NCBI GenBank assembly: GCA_963422385.1
Contig: OY729432.1
Coordinates: 355,376 to 419,375, forward strand
Direction of reading: 5' to 3'
Origin: Candidatus Binatia bacterium
GTDB taxonomy: Bacteria; Desulfobacterota; Binatia; UBA9968; JAJDTQ01
DNA length: 64,000 nucleotides
The notes beneath the pieces are model-generated. The model was not told where the DNA came from, ran no database searches, and saw only the letters and a program-made list of their open reading frames with translations. Made by a program: the position numbers and the translations under genes. Below, piece by piece: positions 19,275-27,944 of the stretch. The first letter of the stretch is position 1. Each line of letters begins with the position of its first letter.

Positions 19275-20168
19275 TCAGGTGTCCAGCGCTCGAATCTTCT
19301 CTTGCGCCTTTTCGGCTTCTTTGGATCGTGGATACCGATTGATGACTTCCTGGAGAATGAGCCTTGCGTCGACCCTGTTCCCCAGTTCGGCAAAAGCGTA
19401 GCCTATCTTGAGCCAGGCCGCGGGGACCTTGTCGCCGTCCGGATACTTCTTGCGGACCACGTCGAATTCCAGAATGGCTTCGTCGAAGTCCTGGAGCGCA
19501 TAGTAACTCTCACCGATCCAGTACTGTGCGTTGTCCGCCAGATTGCTGTCCGCGTTCTGTTGGACGAATTTCTTGAACTGTTCGATGGCGCCGCGATAGT
19601 CCCCTTCGCGGAGACGCTTCCACGCATCTTCGTAGTCCCGTTGGGCTGCCGCCACGTCATCATCGCGTCGGGCTTCGCCCTGGGGTACGGCGGGTTTGGA
19701 AACCGCCGTTGCGGGAGCCGCAGATCCCGGTTCCCGGGCCGCGGTATTCGCGGGCGTCTTGCCGGTCTGCAGGACCGCGTCGCGCAGCAGGCGAAGCTCC
19801 TCCTCACGCACCTTCAACAGCTCTCGCTGGGTCCTGACCTCCGCTTCGAGCGTCGCCAACCGACGACCGAGATCCTGGACATTTCCGGGACCGGCTCCCT
19901 GCCTCACTTCGCTTCGTATCTCCTGGACGGCTCCCTCCGCGGCGTTCAAACGACTCCGCATAGCGGCAAGCTCCGCACGGGTATCGGCCAATTGCTTCCG
20001 GGTCTGGTCGAGTTGCGCCGCCAACTCGTTCAACACCGCCCACTCGCGCTCCGTCAACGAGGCACGATCCTGGGGCGTGGGCGCCGCATGATAGTCTACG
20101 GTGCAGCCCCATACCGGGACCAGCAAGGTAAGGGTTAGCGTGATCCGGGCGATGATTCGCATAGACAT
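19275..20168 (-). CDS. cpoB: Tol-Pal system protein YbgF/CpoB
   Basis: Signal/lipobox-like N-terminus (LLVPVWGC), a coiled coil, and the C-terminal TPR block AQYWIGESYYALQDFDEAILEFDVVRKKYPDGDKVPAAWLKIGYAF. Confidence 0.85.
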   Translation of the reverse strand: MSMRIIARITLTLTLLVPVWGCTVDYHAAPTPQDRASLTEREWAVLNELAAQLDQTRKQLADTRAELAAMRSRLNAAEGAVQEIRSEVRQGAGPGNVQDLGRRLATLEAEVRTQRELLKVREEELRLLRDAVLQTGKTPANTAAREPGSAAPATAVSKPAVPQGEARRDDDVAAAQRDYEDAWKRLREGDYRGAIEQFKKFVQQNADSNLADNAQYWIGESYYALQDFDEAILEFDVVRKKYPDGDKVPAAWLKIGYAFAELGNRVDARLILQEVINRYPRSKEAEKAQEKIRALDT

Positions 20169-20238
20169 GCAGCCTTCTCGCGAATGGAGAAGCGGCGAGC
20201 GACGACTACCAGAAGCTTGTCCGAGCAAGCAAAACTCT

Positions 20239-20814
20239 CTACGAGGCCGGCTTTTGATCCCGGACGACGAAATGCGCACGCCGGTTCTTGCGCCAACACT
20301 CCTCCGAGTTCACCCCGCAAACCGGGAGTTCCTCACCGTAACTGATGGTAGAAAGACGATCCGGAGCATTTCCCAACGTAACGAGATAGTCCTTGACCGC
20401 CTGTGCTCTACGGGCGCCCAAGGCGAGATTGTATTCGTTGGTACCCCGATTGTCCGCATGACCCTCGATCTCGATCGAGACACCGGGGTTCTGCTTGATC
20501 CAGTCCGCGTTACGCTGGAGAAGGTCACGAGCCTCGACTTCCAGATCGGAGCGGTCATACGCGAAATAGACGTCCGCCAGCACACCCTCGTCCGGAGGCG
20601 TGCCCTGCTGATGGGCGTCCAGACTCCCTTGACCCAGCCCCGCTTGCGATGGATTGCCCTCGGCAATGGCGCTCGGATCGTTTCGAGCCGCCGTATCCGT
20701 TCCGGCCAACGAATCCGCAGCCGGCTCATCCGGCTCTACCGGTGGCGGCACACAGGAGGCCAGCAGCAGCGAAGACAGGAAACAGAACAGCAAGACAAGC
20801 GCTTTTCTCATCAT
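20239..20814 (-). CDS. pal: peptidoglycan-associated lipoprotein Pal (OmpA-like)
   Basis: Lipobox LLLASC and the OmpA C-like domain VYFAYDRSDL...IEGHADNRGTNEYNLALGARRA. Start at ATG 20814 (MMRKAL). Confidence 0.9.
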   Translation of the reverse strand: MMRKALVLLFCFLSSLLLASCVPPPVEPDEPAADSLAGTDTAARNDPSAIAEGNPSQAGLGQGSLDAHQQGTPPDEGVLADVYFAYDRSDLEVEARDLLQRNADWIKQNPGVSIEIEGHADNRGTNEYNLALGARRAQAVKDYLVTLGNAPDRLSTISYGEELPVCGVNSEECWRKNRRAHFVVRDQKPAS

Positions 20815-20918
20815 CCGTTTACCTCTTGCCTTCCCAAGGCTGGATTGGAACAGGACATGATGGCAAATGGCCTCCATTGCCCTGCCTCTCGCTACGATTC
20901 GCTTGCTCGGACAGGCTG

Positions 20919-21083
20919 CTAGTGTGGTGTCCGGTCAATTCGCGAGATAATCTACTGGTCTTTTTTGTCGTCGGCTGCGTTGCTCTGCCTCGCGTGGTAT
21001 TGGCCACTGCTCGTCATCGCGCCTTGCCGACAACAAGAAATCCTGCGCATCTTGTCTTGCGTATTTACCGGACACCACACTAG
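20919..21083. mobile_element. 165-bp MITE-like element, reference copy
   Basis: CTAG-TGTGGTGTCCGGT...ACCGGACACCACA-CTAG gives ~17-bp terminal inverted repeats flanked by CTAG on both sides. There is also an internal long inverted repeat (TTGTCGTCGGC...GCCGACAACAA). About 90 percent identical by eye, in inverted orientation, to 27476-27640. Confidence 0.8.
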
Positions 21084-22456
21084 GGGAATCGAGGTGACCA
21101 CGACGGGTTTGTATCATCTGCCGTGGATCCTGTCAATCTGCGCTGGCTCTCACCATCCACGCGCATGGTATAAATCCGGCGGCCACCGGTCCGGTCGGAC
21201 GTAAACGCCATGAATCGCCCGTCCGGGGCCCACGACGGGTCTTCGTCATTGTGACGATCGGACGTGATCATCCGCTGTTCGCTGCCGTCCGGTCGTATGG
21301 TAAAGATATTCATCACACCGTTCGACCTTCCCGCGAAGGCGATCCGCTCGCCCGTGGGCGACCAGTCAGGCGACTGATTGTAGGAACCTTTTAGCGTCAG
21401 CCTCCGAATCTCGCCCGTGGCGACGGTCAGAATGTAGAGCTGCGGGGAGCCGTGTCGGTCGGACACGAATGCGATTCGGTCCCCCGAGGGCGACCAAGTG
21501 GGCGAGATGTCGATGCTCCGGTCCCGGGTGAGTCGCTCCACGATCTGCCCCCCCCGGTTCAGCAGGTACAGATCCACATTTCGCCCCAGCTCCAACGGGA
21601 TGGCGAGTTGCTTTCCGTCCGGCGACCACCGGCCACGCAGGTTCAACCCATCCCGAGTCGAGATCGGCGTCTCACGGTTGGTAAGAAGATTGAATCCGAG
21701 AACTTGGGGCTTGCCCTTCTTGTACGATATGTAGACGAGCCTTTTGCCGTCGGGCGCCCACGAAGGGAACAGATTGATGGTCCGGTTGTCGGTGACCTTC
21801 TTCTTCTCGGTGCCGTCGAGGTGCGAGACGTAGATCTCCTTGAACCGATCCCCTCCGGTGGACACGTAGGCGATCCGGGTATCGAAAACGCCACGGGTTC
21901 CGGTGAGCTTGAGGATGATCTCGTCCACGAACTTGTGCGCCATGCGACGCGCGTCCCGGATTTCGCCCGAATACGCCTTGCCGAGGACCACGGAACGCCG
22001 GAATATATCATACAGCCAAAACTCGAACTTGATCCTGCTGCCCGGGAGAATCCGAAAGCCGCCCTTGATGAGCCCTTCGGCGCCTATGGTGGCCCAGTCA
22101 CGGAAGTCGAAGCCGCGCAGGCGGATCCCGGTCTTCTGGGGATCCTCGATGTGTGCGGATCGGTCGATGATCTTGAACCAGCCCGACCGATCGAGATCAT
22201 CCGCGATGATGTCGGCGGTCTTTTCCGAAAACCGCTCGACGTCAGGCCCGGTACCGAGGTTCTTGAGCAGGGAAACCGCCAACCGGTAACGCTCGGCCCC
22301 CGGGCCCAGTATCAGACCCTTGACCTGCGCCTGTCCCACTCCCCCAAAAAGCGGGCAAAGCACCAAGCCGGCGACGACCCACCCGAACACCCGGCGTAGT
22401 CCGTCTACCCGCCTACCGCCTCCATGGGCTGCCGGTAGCATGTTTCTTCTTCTCAT
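21080..22456 (-). CDS. tolB: Tol-Pal system beta-propeller protein TolB
   Basis: TolB N-domain followed by repeated PxWSPDG blades (SWAPDGKRL, RWSPDGKQL, TWSPSGDRI, DWSPTGERI, SWAPDGRFM). The stop TAG lies inside the MITE terminus. Confidence 0.92.
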   Translation of the reverse strand: MRRRNMLPAAHGGGRRVDGLRRVFGWVVAGLVLCPLFGGVGQAQVKGLILGPGAERYRLAVSLLKNLGTGPDVERFSEKTADIIADDLDRSGWFKIIDRSAHIEDPQKTGIRLRGFDFRDWATIGAEGLIKGGFRILPGSRIKFEFWLYDIFRRSVVLGKAYSGEIRDARRMAHKFVDEIILKLTGTRGVFDTRIAYVSTGGDRFKEIYVSHLDGTEKKKVTDNRTINLFPSWAPDGKRLVYISYKKGKPQVLGFNLLTNRETPISTRDGLNLRGRWSPDGKQLAIPLELGRNVDLYLLNRGGQIVERLTRDRSIDISPTWSPSGDRIAFVSDRHGSPQLYILTVATGEIRRLTLKGSYNQSPDWSPTGERIAFAGRSNGVMNIFTIRPDGSEQRMITSDRHNDEDPSWAPDGRFMAFTSDRTGGRRIYTMRVDGESQRRLTGSTADDTNPSWSPRFP

Positions 22457-22523
22457 GATCCATGGGTCCTTTTCGCACACGTCGAGTACGCCGTCCAGGA
22501 GCCTTCCGAGTAAAGCAGGAATC

Positions 22524-22557
22524 TACTGCGAGGCAGGGAATACTGCGAGGCAGGGAA
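22524..22557. repeat. perfect 2 x 17-bp tandem repeat (TACTGCGAGGCAGGGAA) in the tolA-tolB spacer
   Basis: Read directly: 22524-22540 equals 22541-22557. Confidence 0.8.
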
Positions 22558-22565
22558 ATGGGTCC

Positions 22566-22586
22566 ATTTACGGGACACGACACTAG
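22566..22586. repeat. solo MITE terminal repeat (ATTTACGGGACACGACACTAG) carrying the tolA stop
   Basis: Matches the last ~21 nt of the elements ending at 27640 and 38970. The complement of 22583-22585 is the tolA TAG. Confidence 0.65.
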
Positions 22587-23605
22587 CCATCCAGGTCATG
22601 CGGCCGGAAAGTTACCTCGACCTCGGCGAAATTGCGCGCATGATTCGCCGGCGGCGGCGGCAACGGACTTGCCCGCCGCACCGCCCGCACTACCGACTCG
22701 TCGTAGGACGCATCACCCGAGACCTTCAGCAGCCTAACCCCGAAGATTTCCCCATCGACCCCTACCCCGAAACCCACGGTTACATCGAGGTCCTTGCGTT
22801 TGCCCAACCAGGTCCAACGATCTTTTATCCGGCTGAGCAACTCGTTACGGTAGACCAGGAATTCCATTCCTCTCACCACGCCTCCGCCGCTACCGTTGCC
22901 ACCGCCGGCCGTGCCCACCCCGGCGCCCCCCTGCTTCGTGACGAGGGACTCGCGGCGCAACCGGGCCCGCTCCCTGGCCGTGGCCACGGCAGCGTCGATA
23001 CGCCTCTGCCTCAGCCTCTTGACGAGCTGCGAATCCTTGCCGGCGCTACGCTTCGGCTTCGCTGCCCTGGTCTGTTTCCTGGGCGCCACGGGCTTCTTGC
23101 GCTTGACGACCTTCTTCTGCTTCGCCTTCTTTTTCCTGACGACCTTTTTCGGTTTGGCGACCTTCTTTTTCGGCTTTTCGGGCGGCGCCTGCCTTACCTT
23201 CAACTCCGGCTTCTTCGCCTGCTTCTTTTCCTTCGGCGGAGGTGGGAGCTTCTCGGCAACCTCGGGCGGCTTCGGAACCGCCGGGTCGAGCAATGCCTCG
23301 TCCAGCGAGGGAGGGACCTCGACCTGCGCCGGTTTCATCTCCTGCAGCGCGGGTTTTCGGGGGTCGGGCTTTGGCGTCGGGCTGACGCCCGCCACGAGAT
23401 CCACCGAATACACGGGTATGGAGACATCCCGGCGCGCCGTGCTCGTCGGCGCCACCAGCAGAGTCAGAATAAGCACCAGATGGAGAGTCCCCGAGAAACA
23501 GGTCCACCACATCAGGCGATTGGCGCCCGATCCGACAAGCCTCCGCAGGAGGTCACCCGTTCCGGAAAAGAGGTCTCGCAACATCGTCGGTCCGGATCCT
23601 CTCAC
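22583..23605 (-). CDS. tolA: TolA / TonB-family energy-transducing protein
   Basis: N-terminal TM anchor, a long Pro/Lys-rich linker (PPPPKEKKQAKKPELK...), and a C-terminal TonB_C-like domain (VTVGFGVGVDGEIFGVRLLKVSGDASYDESVVRAV). Positioned between tolR and tolB. Confidence 0.8.
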   Translation of the reverse strand: MRGSGPTMLRDLFSGTGDLLRRLVGSGANRLMWWTCFSGTLHLVLILTLLVAPTSTARRDVSIPVYSVDLVAGVSPTPKPDPRKPALQEMKPAQVEVPPSLDEALLDPAVPKPPEVAEKLPPPPKEKKQAKKPELKVRQAPPEKPKKKVAKPKKVVRKKKAKQKKVVKRKKPVAPRKQTRAAKPKRSAGKDSQLVKRLRQRRIDAAVATARERARLRRESLVTKQGGAGVGTAGGGNGSGGGVVRGMEFLVYRNELLSRIKDRWTWLGKRKDLDVTVGFGVGVDGEIFGVRLLKVSGDASYDESVVRAVRRASPLPPPPANHARNFAEVEVTFRPHDLDG

Positions 23606-24021
23606 TGATCGGCCAGAGGCAGGGCCATCATGCCGAGCTTCTCGATACCGGCCCCCTTGATCTCACCGATGGCGGCGACCACCGACCCGTATCGAACGTC
23701 GCGGTCCGCCCGCAGGTAAACGGGCTTTTGCGCATCCAGGTTCCTGATGGCCTGGAGCTTCTTCCGGAGCTCGGCCGGGGTCACCTCGTTGTCGTTCAGA
23801 TAGACCTGGCCTTCCCGCGAAACGGTGACGATCAAGGGCTCGGCTTCGTTCGCAACGGGGCCGGCCTTGGCTTGCGGCAGATTCACCTCCACGCCCTGTT
23901 GAATGATCGGCGCCGTCACCATGAAAATGACCAGCAACACCAACATCACGTCCACGAAAGGGGTGACGTTGATGTTCGACAACGGCAACTTGTCCCGCCC
24001 CTGGCTTAAGTCAGCCGCCAT
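23602..24021 (-). CDS. tolR: biopolymer transport protein TolR (ExbD family)
   Basis: INVTPFVDVMLVLLVIFMVTAP. ATG 24021 is preceded by GGAGAAAGG; the track start is 24057. Confidence 0.88.
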   Translation of the reverse strand: MAADLSQGRDKLPLSNINVTPFVDVMLVLLVIFMVTAPIIQQGVEVNLPQAKAGPVANEAEPLIVTVSREGQVYLNDNEVTPAELRKKLQAIRNLDAQKPVYLRADRDVRYGSVVAAIGEIKGAGIEKLGMMALPLADQ

Positions 24022-24063
24022 GGCTCGGCCTTTCTCCGTACGGACCGCCCGTGTCACGGACCT

Positions 24064-24819
24064 CTACGCCTTCTTGGTGAAATGACGCTCCGCGATATTG
24101 AGAAACTCCTGTGTGAAATTCTCCATGTCCGCGGTCAACACCCGGATCTCCTGAAGGAAGTGGTTATACGCTATCAGCGCGGGGATCGCCGCCACCAGGC
24201 CGGCGGCCGTGGCGATCAATGCTTCGGCGATTCCCGGCGCGACGGCCTGGATCGTCGACGAGCGGGTAACGCTGAGCCCGCGGAACGCGTTCATGATGCC
24301 CCACACCGTGCCAAAGAGCCCGATGAACGGCGTGGAGCCGGAGGTCGTCGCCAGGAAGGTCAGCGTCTTCTCCAGTTTGGTCAACTCGACATTGGCCGCG
24401 CGCTTCATGGCCCGCGCCACGTTGTCCACTCCGCTCAGGTCCGTGGTGAGGCCTTCCGCTTCCGCCGCGTTCCGGCGGGATACCCGGAGCAGCTCCTCGT
24501 AACCGGCGGTGAAGACCTGCGCGACCGGGCTCGCCTCCAACTCCTGGCTGGCTTCGTGTATGGAGGCCAGGTTACGGCTCTCCCAGAAGATCTCGGTAAA
24601 CCGGGCCGACTGGATCTTTGCCTCGCGCAAGTGCCTGAACTTGAAAAGGATGATACCCCAACTGGCCACCGAGAAGAGGATCAGCAGGTAGAGCACGATC
24701 TGGACCACCGGACCCGCTCCCATCACCAGATCCGGGATGCCCTGTTGCTGCATTCTCATATAGTCCGGCTGAACCGCTAGCTGGTAGATCGAGAAGTACG
24801 GCATCAAAACCCCTGCCAT
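24064..24819 (-). CDS. tolQ: Tol-Pal proton channel protein TolQ (MotA/TolQ/ExbB family)
   Basis: Three TM segments and the conserved block LATTSGSTPFIGLFGTVWGIMNAF...IAEALIATAAGL. The start is uncertain; in-frame ATGs lie at 24819, 24804 and 24759. Confidence 0.88.
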   Translation of the reverse strand: MAGVLMPYFSIYQLAVQPDYMRMQQQGIPDLVMGAGPVVQIVLYLLILFSVASWGIILFKFRHLREAKIQSARFTEIFWESRNLASIHEASQELEASPVAQVFTAGYEELLRVSRRNAAEAEGLTTDLSGVDNVARAMKRAANVELTKLEKTLTFLATTSGSTPFIGLFGTVWGIMNAFRGLSVTRSSTIQAVAPGIAEALIATAAGLVAAIPALIAYNHFLQEIRVLTADMENFTQEFLNIAERHFTKKA

Positions 24820-24996
24820 CTTGAAAAGTTATTATAATCGCTGTACCTAGTCAATTGGCCTCGCCTCGACCCCGCGGTTTGCCGCAGTTCCAGGATATGG
24901 AGTGACAGGGGGTCCGTTCCACAGAGATCGATCGCCATCTGCGGATCCATTTTGCGGCCGATTTCCGGGGTGCGGGATCGTAAGACGCGCGAATTC

Positions 24997-26184
24997 ATGC
25001 TCCGCAAAGTGTCAGAACTGGATGTTGGGGGGAAAACGGTGTTTCTCCGGGTGGACTTCAACGTGCCGCTGGCGGATGGAACCATCACGGAGACGCACCG
25101 TATCGACAGTTCGCTGCCAACGATCCGGTTCCTGGCCGAGAAGGCGGCCCGGCTCGTGATCGCCTCCCACCTGGGCCGGCCTGGAGGGAGTCCCGACCCC
25201 CGGTGGAGTCTCGCGCCGGTGCAACGTTACCTGGAGCGGAAACTCTCCCTTCCAATGCAACTCGCTCCCGACTGCGTCGGGCCGGCGGTTCGACAATTGT
25301 TGACAGACCCGGAGGGACCCAGGATCGTGCTGTTGGAGAACCTTCGGTTCGACCCAGGTGAGGAAACCAACAACCCGGAGTTCGCAGCGTCGCTTGCGAA
25401 TCTGGCTGACGTCTACGTCAATGACGCCTTCGGTGCGGCCCATCGGGCTCACGCGTCGACCGCCGGCATGGTCGAGCACTTCCGGGAAAAAGGGGCAGGC
25501 GTCCTGTTCAGCCAGGAGGTCGAATACCTGTCGCGGATTCTGAGTGCGCCGGAGCGCCCCGTGGCCGCCATCCTGGGAGGCGCCAAGGTTTCGGACAAGA
25601 TCGGAATCCTCAAGAACCTGATACCCCGAGTGGACCGGATCATGGTGGGCGGCGCCATGGCGTACACATTCCTGAGCGCCCGAGGCGTGGCCATCGGACG
25701 ATCTCTGCTGGAAAGGAATTCCATCGCCGTAGCCAGGGAGATCATGGAAGAGGCGGAGAGATGCGGGGTCCCGTTCCTGCTTCCGGTGGACCACGTCGCC
25801 GCCGAGGAAACCAGCGCCGACGACCCCGCCGTAACCCCCGACGCCGGCATCCCGAGGGACCGGATGGGGCTCGATATCGGTCCGAAGACGGCCGCCCTGT
25901 TCGCCGACAAGCTGGCAAACGTCGCCCTGGCGCTCTGGAACGGTCCGCTCGGGCTGTTCGAGCGGGAACCGTTCCGTCGCGGAACGGTATCGGTGGCCCG
26001 GGCTCTGTCGGCCTCGGGAGCCACCACCGTCATCGCCGGCGGAGACACGGTGGCGGCCGTGCGGCTTGCCGGGGCCGCTGAAGACATGACCCACCTGTCC
26101 ACCGGAGGCGGCGCCACGCTGGAGTTTCTCGAAGGCAAGACGCTTCCCGGAGTCCGGGCCCTGGAGGTCGGGGACCCCATCTGA
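24997..26184 (+). CDS. pgk: phosphoglycerate kinase
   Basis: GKTVFLRVDFNVPL...ASHLGRP...GGAKVSDKI...GGGDT-like GGDTVAA. Start at ATG 24997 (MLRKVS). Confidence 0.95.
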   Translation: MLRKVSELDVGGKTVFLRVDFNVPLADGTITETHRIDSSLPTIRFLAEKAARLVIASHLGRPGGSPDPRWSLAPVQRYLERKLSLPMQLAPDCVGPAVRQLLTDPEGPRIVLLENLRFDPGEETNNPEFAASLANLADVYVNDAFGAAHRAHASTAGMVEHFREKGAGVLFSQEVEYLSRILSAPERPVAAILGGAKVSDKIGILKNLIPRVDRIMVGGAMAYTFLSARGVAIGRSLLERNSIAVAREIMEEAERCGVPFLLPVDHVAAEETSADDPAVTPDAGIPRDRMGLDIGPKTAALFADKLANVALALWNGPLGLFEREPFRRGTVSVARALSASGATTVIAGGDTVAAVRLAGAAEDMTHLSTGGGATLEFLEGKTLPGVRALEVGDPI

Positions 26185-26197
26185 CGGGGACCGTACC

Positions 26198-26986
26198 ATG
26201 GAAAAACACACGGTCATCGCCAACTGGAAGATGCACGGGAATCAGGCCGAGGCCGTCGCCTTGGCGCGGGGTGTCCGACGGCTGTTGGGCAACCGTTTTC
26301 CCACCGTCGAGGTGGTGCTGGCGCCTCCGTTCACCTCCCTCGAAACCGTACGGCGGACCATCAAGGGAAGCCGGCTCCGCCTTTCCGCGCAAAACCTCCA
26401 CTGGCAGCCCCAGGGCGCGTTCACCGGAGAGGTGAGCGCGGACATGCTGCGCGACGCCGGCTGCAGTCACGTGATCGTGGGCCACTCCGAGAGACGCCGG
26501 CTCTTCGGCGAGACCAACGGCGACGTCGGAAGAAAGCTCGCCGCCGCCCTGGATGCGTCCATGCAACCCGTTCTCTGCATCGGCGAGACCCTGCGGGAAC
26601 GCCGCGAAGGGCGCACGCGACATACCCTCTCCGCGCAACTGTCGGGCGCATTGAAGGGCGTTCCGAAAAGTGTTAATGGTTGTCTCGTATTGGCGTATGA
26701 GCCGGTTTGGGCCATTGGTACGGGAAGAAACGCGGCCCCGGCGCAGGTGATGGAAACCCACGGCTGGATCCGGCAAGCGCTCGCACGCAGGTTCGGAGCC
26801 GCGCAGGCGCGTCACATTCCCATTCTTTACGGTGGCAGCGTAAACCCGGCCAACGCGTCAGAGCTGGCCACGGTTCCCGAAGTGGATGGGGTCCTTGTAG
26901 GGGGCGCCAGCCTGGATCATCGAAGCTTCGTGGAGATCGTAAACGCGTTTTCGGACTGGAAAGCCCGACGGACAGAGGACGCATGA
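26198..26986 (+). CDS. tpiA: triosephosphate isomerase
   Basis: VIANWKMHGN...VIVGHSERR...LAYEPVWAIGTG...ILYGGSV. Confidence 0.95.
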   Translation: MEKHTVIANWKMHGNQAEAVALARGVRRLLGNRFPTVEVVLAPPFTSLETVRRTIKGSRLRLSAQNLHWQPQGAFTGEVSADMLRDAGCSHVIVGHSERRRLFGETNGDVGRKLAAALDASMQPVLCIGETLRERREGRTRHTLSAQLSGALKGVPKSVNGCLVLAYEPVWAIGTGRNAAPAQVMETHGWIRQALARRFGAAQARHIPILYGGSVNPANASELATVPEVDGVLVGGASLDHRSFVEIVNAFSDWKARRTEDA

Positions 26987-27351
26987 TCATTCTGGTGACA
27001 ACGGTTCATGTTCTCGTGTGCCTGGGACTCATCGTCGTGGTGCTGCTGCAAACCGGCAAGGGCACCGACATGGGCGCCGCCTTCGGCGGAGGCTCGAGCA
27101 CGACGGTCTTCGGCAGCAGTGGCGCGGGCAATTTCCTGACCCGCGTGACCACCGGAATGGCCGTCGTGTTCATGCTGACCTGTCTGACACTGGGGTACTT
27201 TGCCGAGCAGGGTCCCGTATCGAGCATCTTCGACAGCGTCACCCCGCAGACTCGGACCGGTGGCGCAGCCGCTCCCGCCGACGTACCGGCGGCGAACGTA
27301 CCCCCGACAGAGCGTCCGGAGAAGCCTTCGGAAGCACCGGCTTCTCCCTGA
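26983..27351 (+). CDS. secG: preprotein translocase subunit SecG with a Pro/Ala-rich tail
   Basis: MIILVTTVHVLVCLGLIVVVLLQTGKGTDMGAAFGGGSSTTVFGSSGAGNFLTR. The ATG overlaps the tpiA stop (ATGA). Confidence 0.88.
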   Translation: MIILVTTVHVLVCLGLIVVVLLQTGKGTDMGAAFGGGSSTTVFGSSGAGNFLTRVTTGMAVVFMLTCLTLGYFAEQGPVSSIFDSVTPQTRTGGAAAPADVPAANVPPTERPEKPSEAPASP

Positions 27352-27370
27352 AACATGCCCACCGAGACGT

Positions 27371-27457
27371 GCGAGGATGGCGGAATAGGCAGACGCGCTA
27401 GCTTGAGGGGCTAGTGCCAGCAATGGCGTGGGGGTTCAAGTCCCCCTCCTCGCACCA
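27371..27457 (+). tRNA. tRNA-Leu (anticodon GAG), CCA encoded
   Basis: Acceptor stem GCGAGGA/TCCTCGC. Anticodon stem CTAGC/GCTAG with loop TTGAGGG. Long variable arm. T-arm GGGGG-TTCAAGT-CCCCC. Discriminator A plus CCA. Confidence 0.9.
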
Positions 27458-27475
27458 CAACCCCATTCATAGTCA

Positions 27476-27640
27476 CTAGTGTGATGTCCGGTAAATTCGC
27501 AAGACAAGATGCGCAGGATTTCTTGTTGTCGGCTTGGCGCGATGACGAGCAGTGGCCAATACCACGCGAGGAAGAGCAACACAGCCGACGGCAAAAAAGA
27601 CCCGTATATTATCTTGCGTATTTACCGGACACCACACTAG
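27476..27640. mobile_element. 165-bp MITE-like element, inverted relative to the copy at 20919
   Basis: CTAGTGTGATGTCCGGTAAAT...ATTTACCGGACACCACACTAG. It starts 19 nt after tRNA-Leu, and its right CTAG contains the yggT stop codon. Confidence 0.8.
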
Positions 27641-27936
27641 TGCAGGGCGCGAGCGAGGTCGTAGAGCGACGTCACGAGGAAGGCGCGCAAGAACCAGAGG
27701 ATGAATATAGCCACGACGGGCGAGACGTCGATGCCGCCGAAGCCCATGGGGAGAGCCTGCCTGAGACGGTCCAGAACCGGGTCGGTCAGGTTGCACAGCA
27801 TGCGAACGATGGGATTGTAGGGATCGGCGTTGACCCACGAAATCACCGCACGCGCCACGATCACCCAAACGTAAAGGGTCAGGACGGTGTCGAGAACTCC
27901 CGCCAGCGCCCCCAGTAAATTGCCTGCAACAAACAT
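27637..27936 (-). CDS. yggT: YggT family membrane protein
   Basis: 99 aa: LYVWVIVARAVISWVNADPYNPIVRMLCNLTDPVLDRLRQALP...IDVSPVV, the typical YGGT repeat. Start at ATG 27936. Confidence 0.85.
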   Translation of the reverse strand: MFVAGNLLGALAGVLDTVLTLYVWVIVARAVISWVNADPYNPIVRMLCNLTDPVLDRLRQALPMGFGGIDVSPVVAIFILWFLRAFLVTSLYDLARALH

Positions 27937-27944
27937 GTCCCCGG

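Noticed and set aside
27458-27640. A tRNA-Leu-associated integrated island or prophage.
   Set aside because: No integrase, no direct repeat of the tRNA 3-prime end and no foreign genes are present. Only the 165-bp MITE lies between the tRNA and the conserved yggT-yggS genes.
27476-27918. Small ORFs inside the MITE copies (6038-6262, 20965-21204, 27476-27868, 27481-27918, 38782-38970) as candidate peptide genes.
   Set aside because: The ORFs differ in frame, strand and extent between copies and extend into unrelated flanks. The conservation is at the nucleotide level with inverted-repeat structure, so this is a non-coding element.
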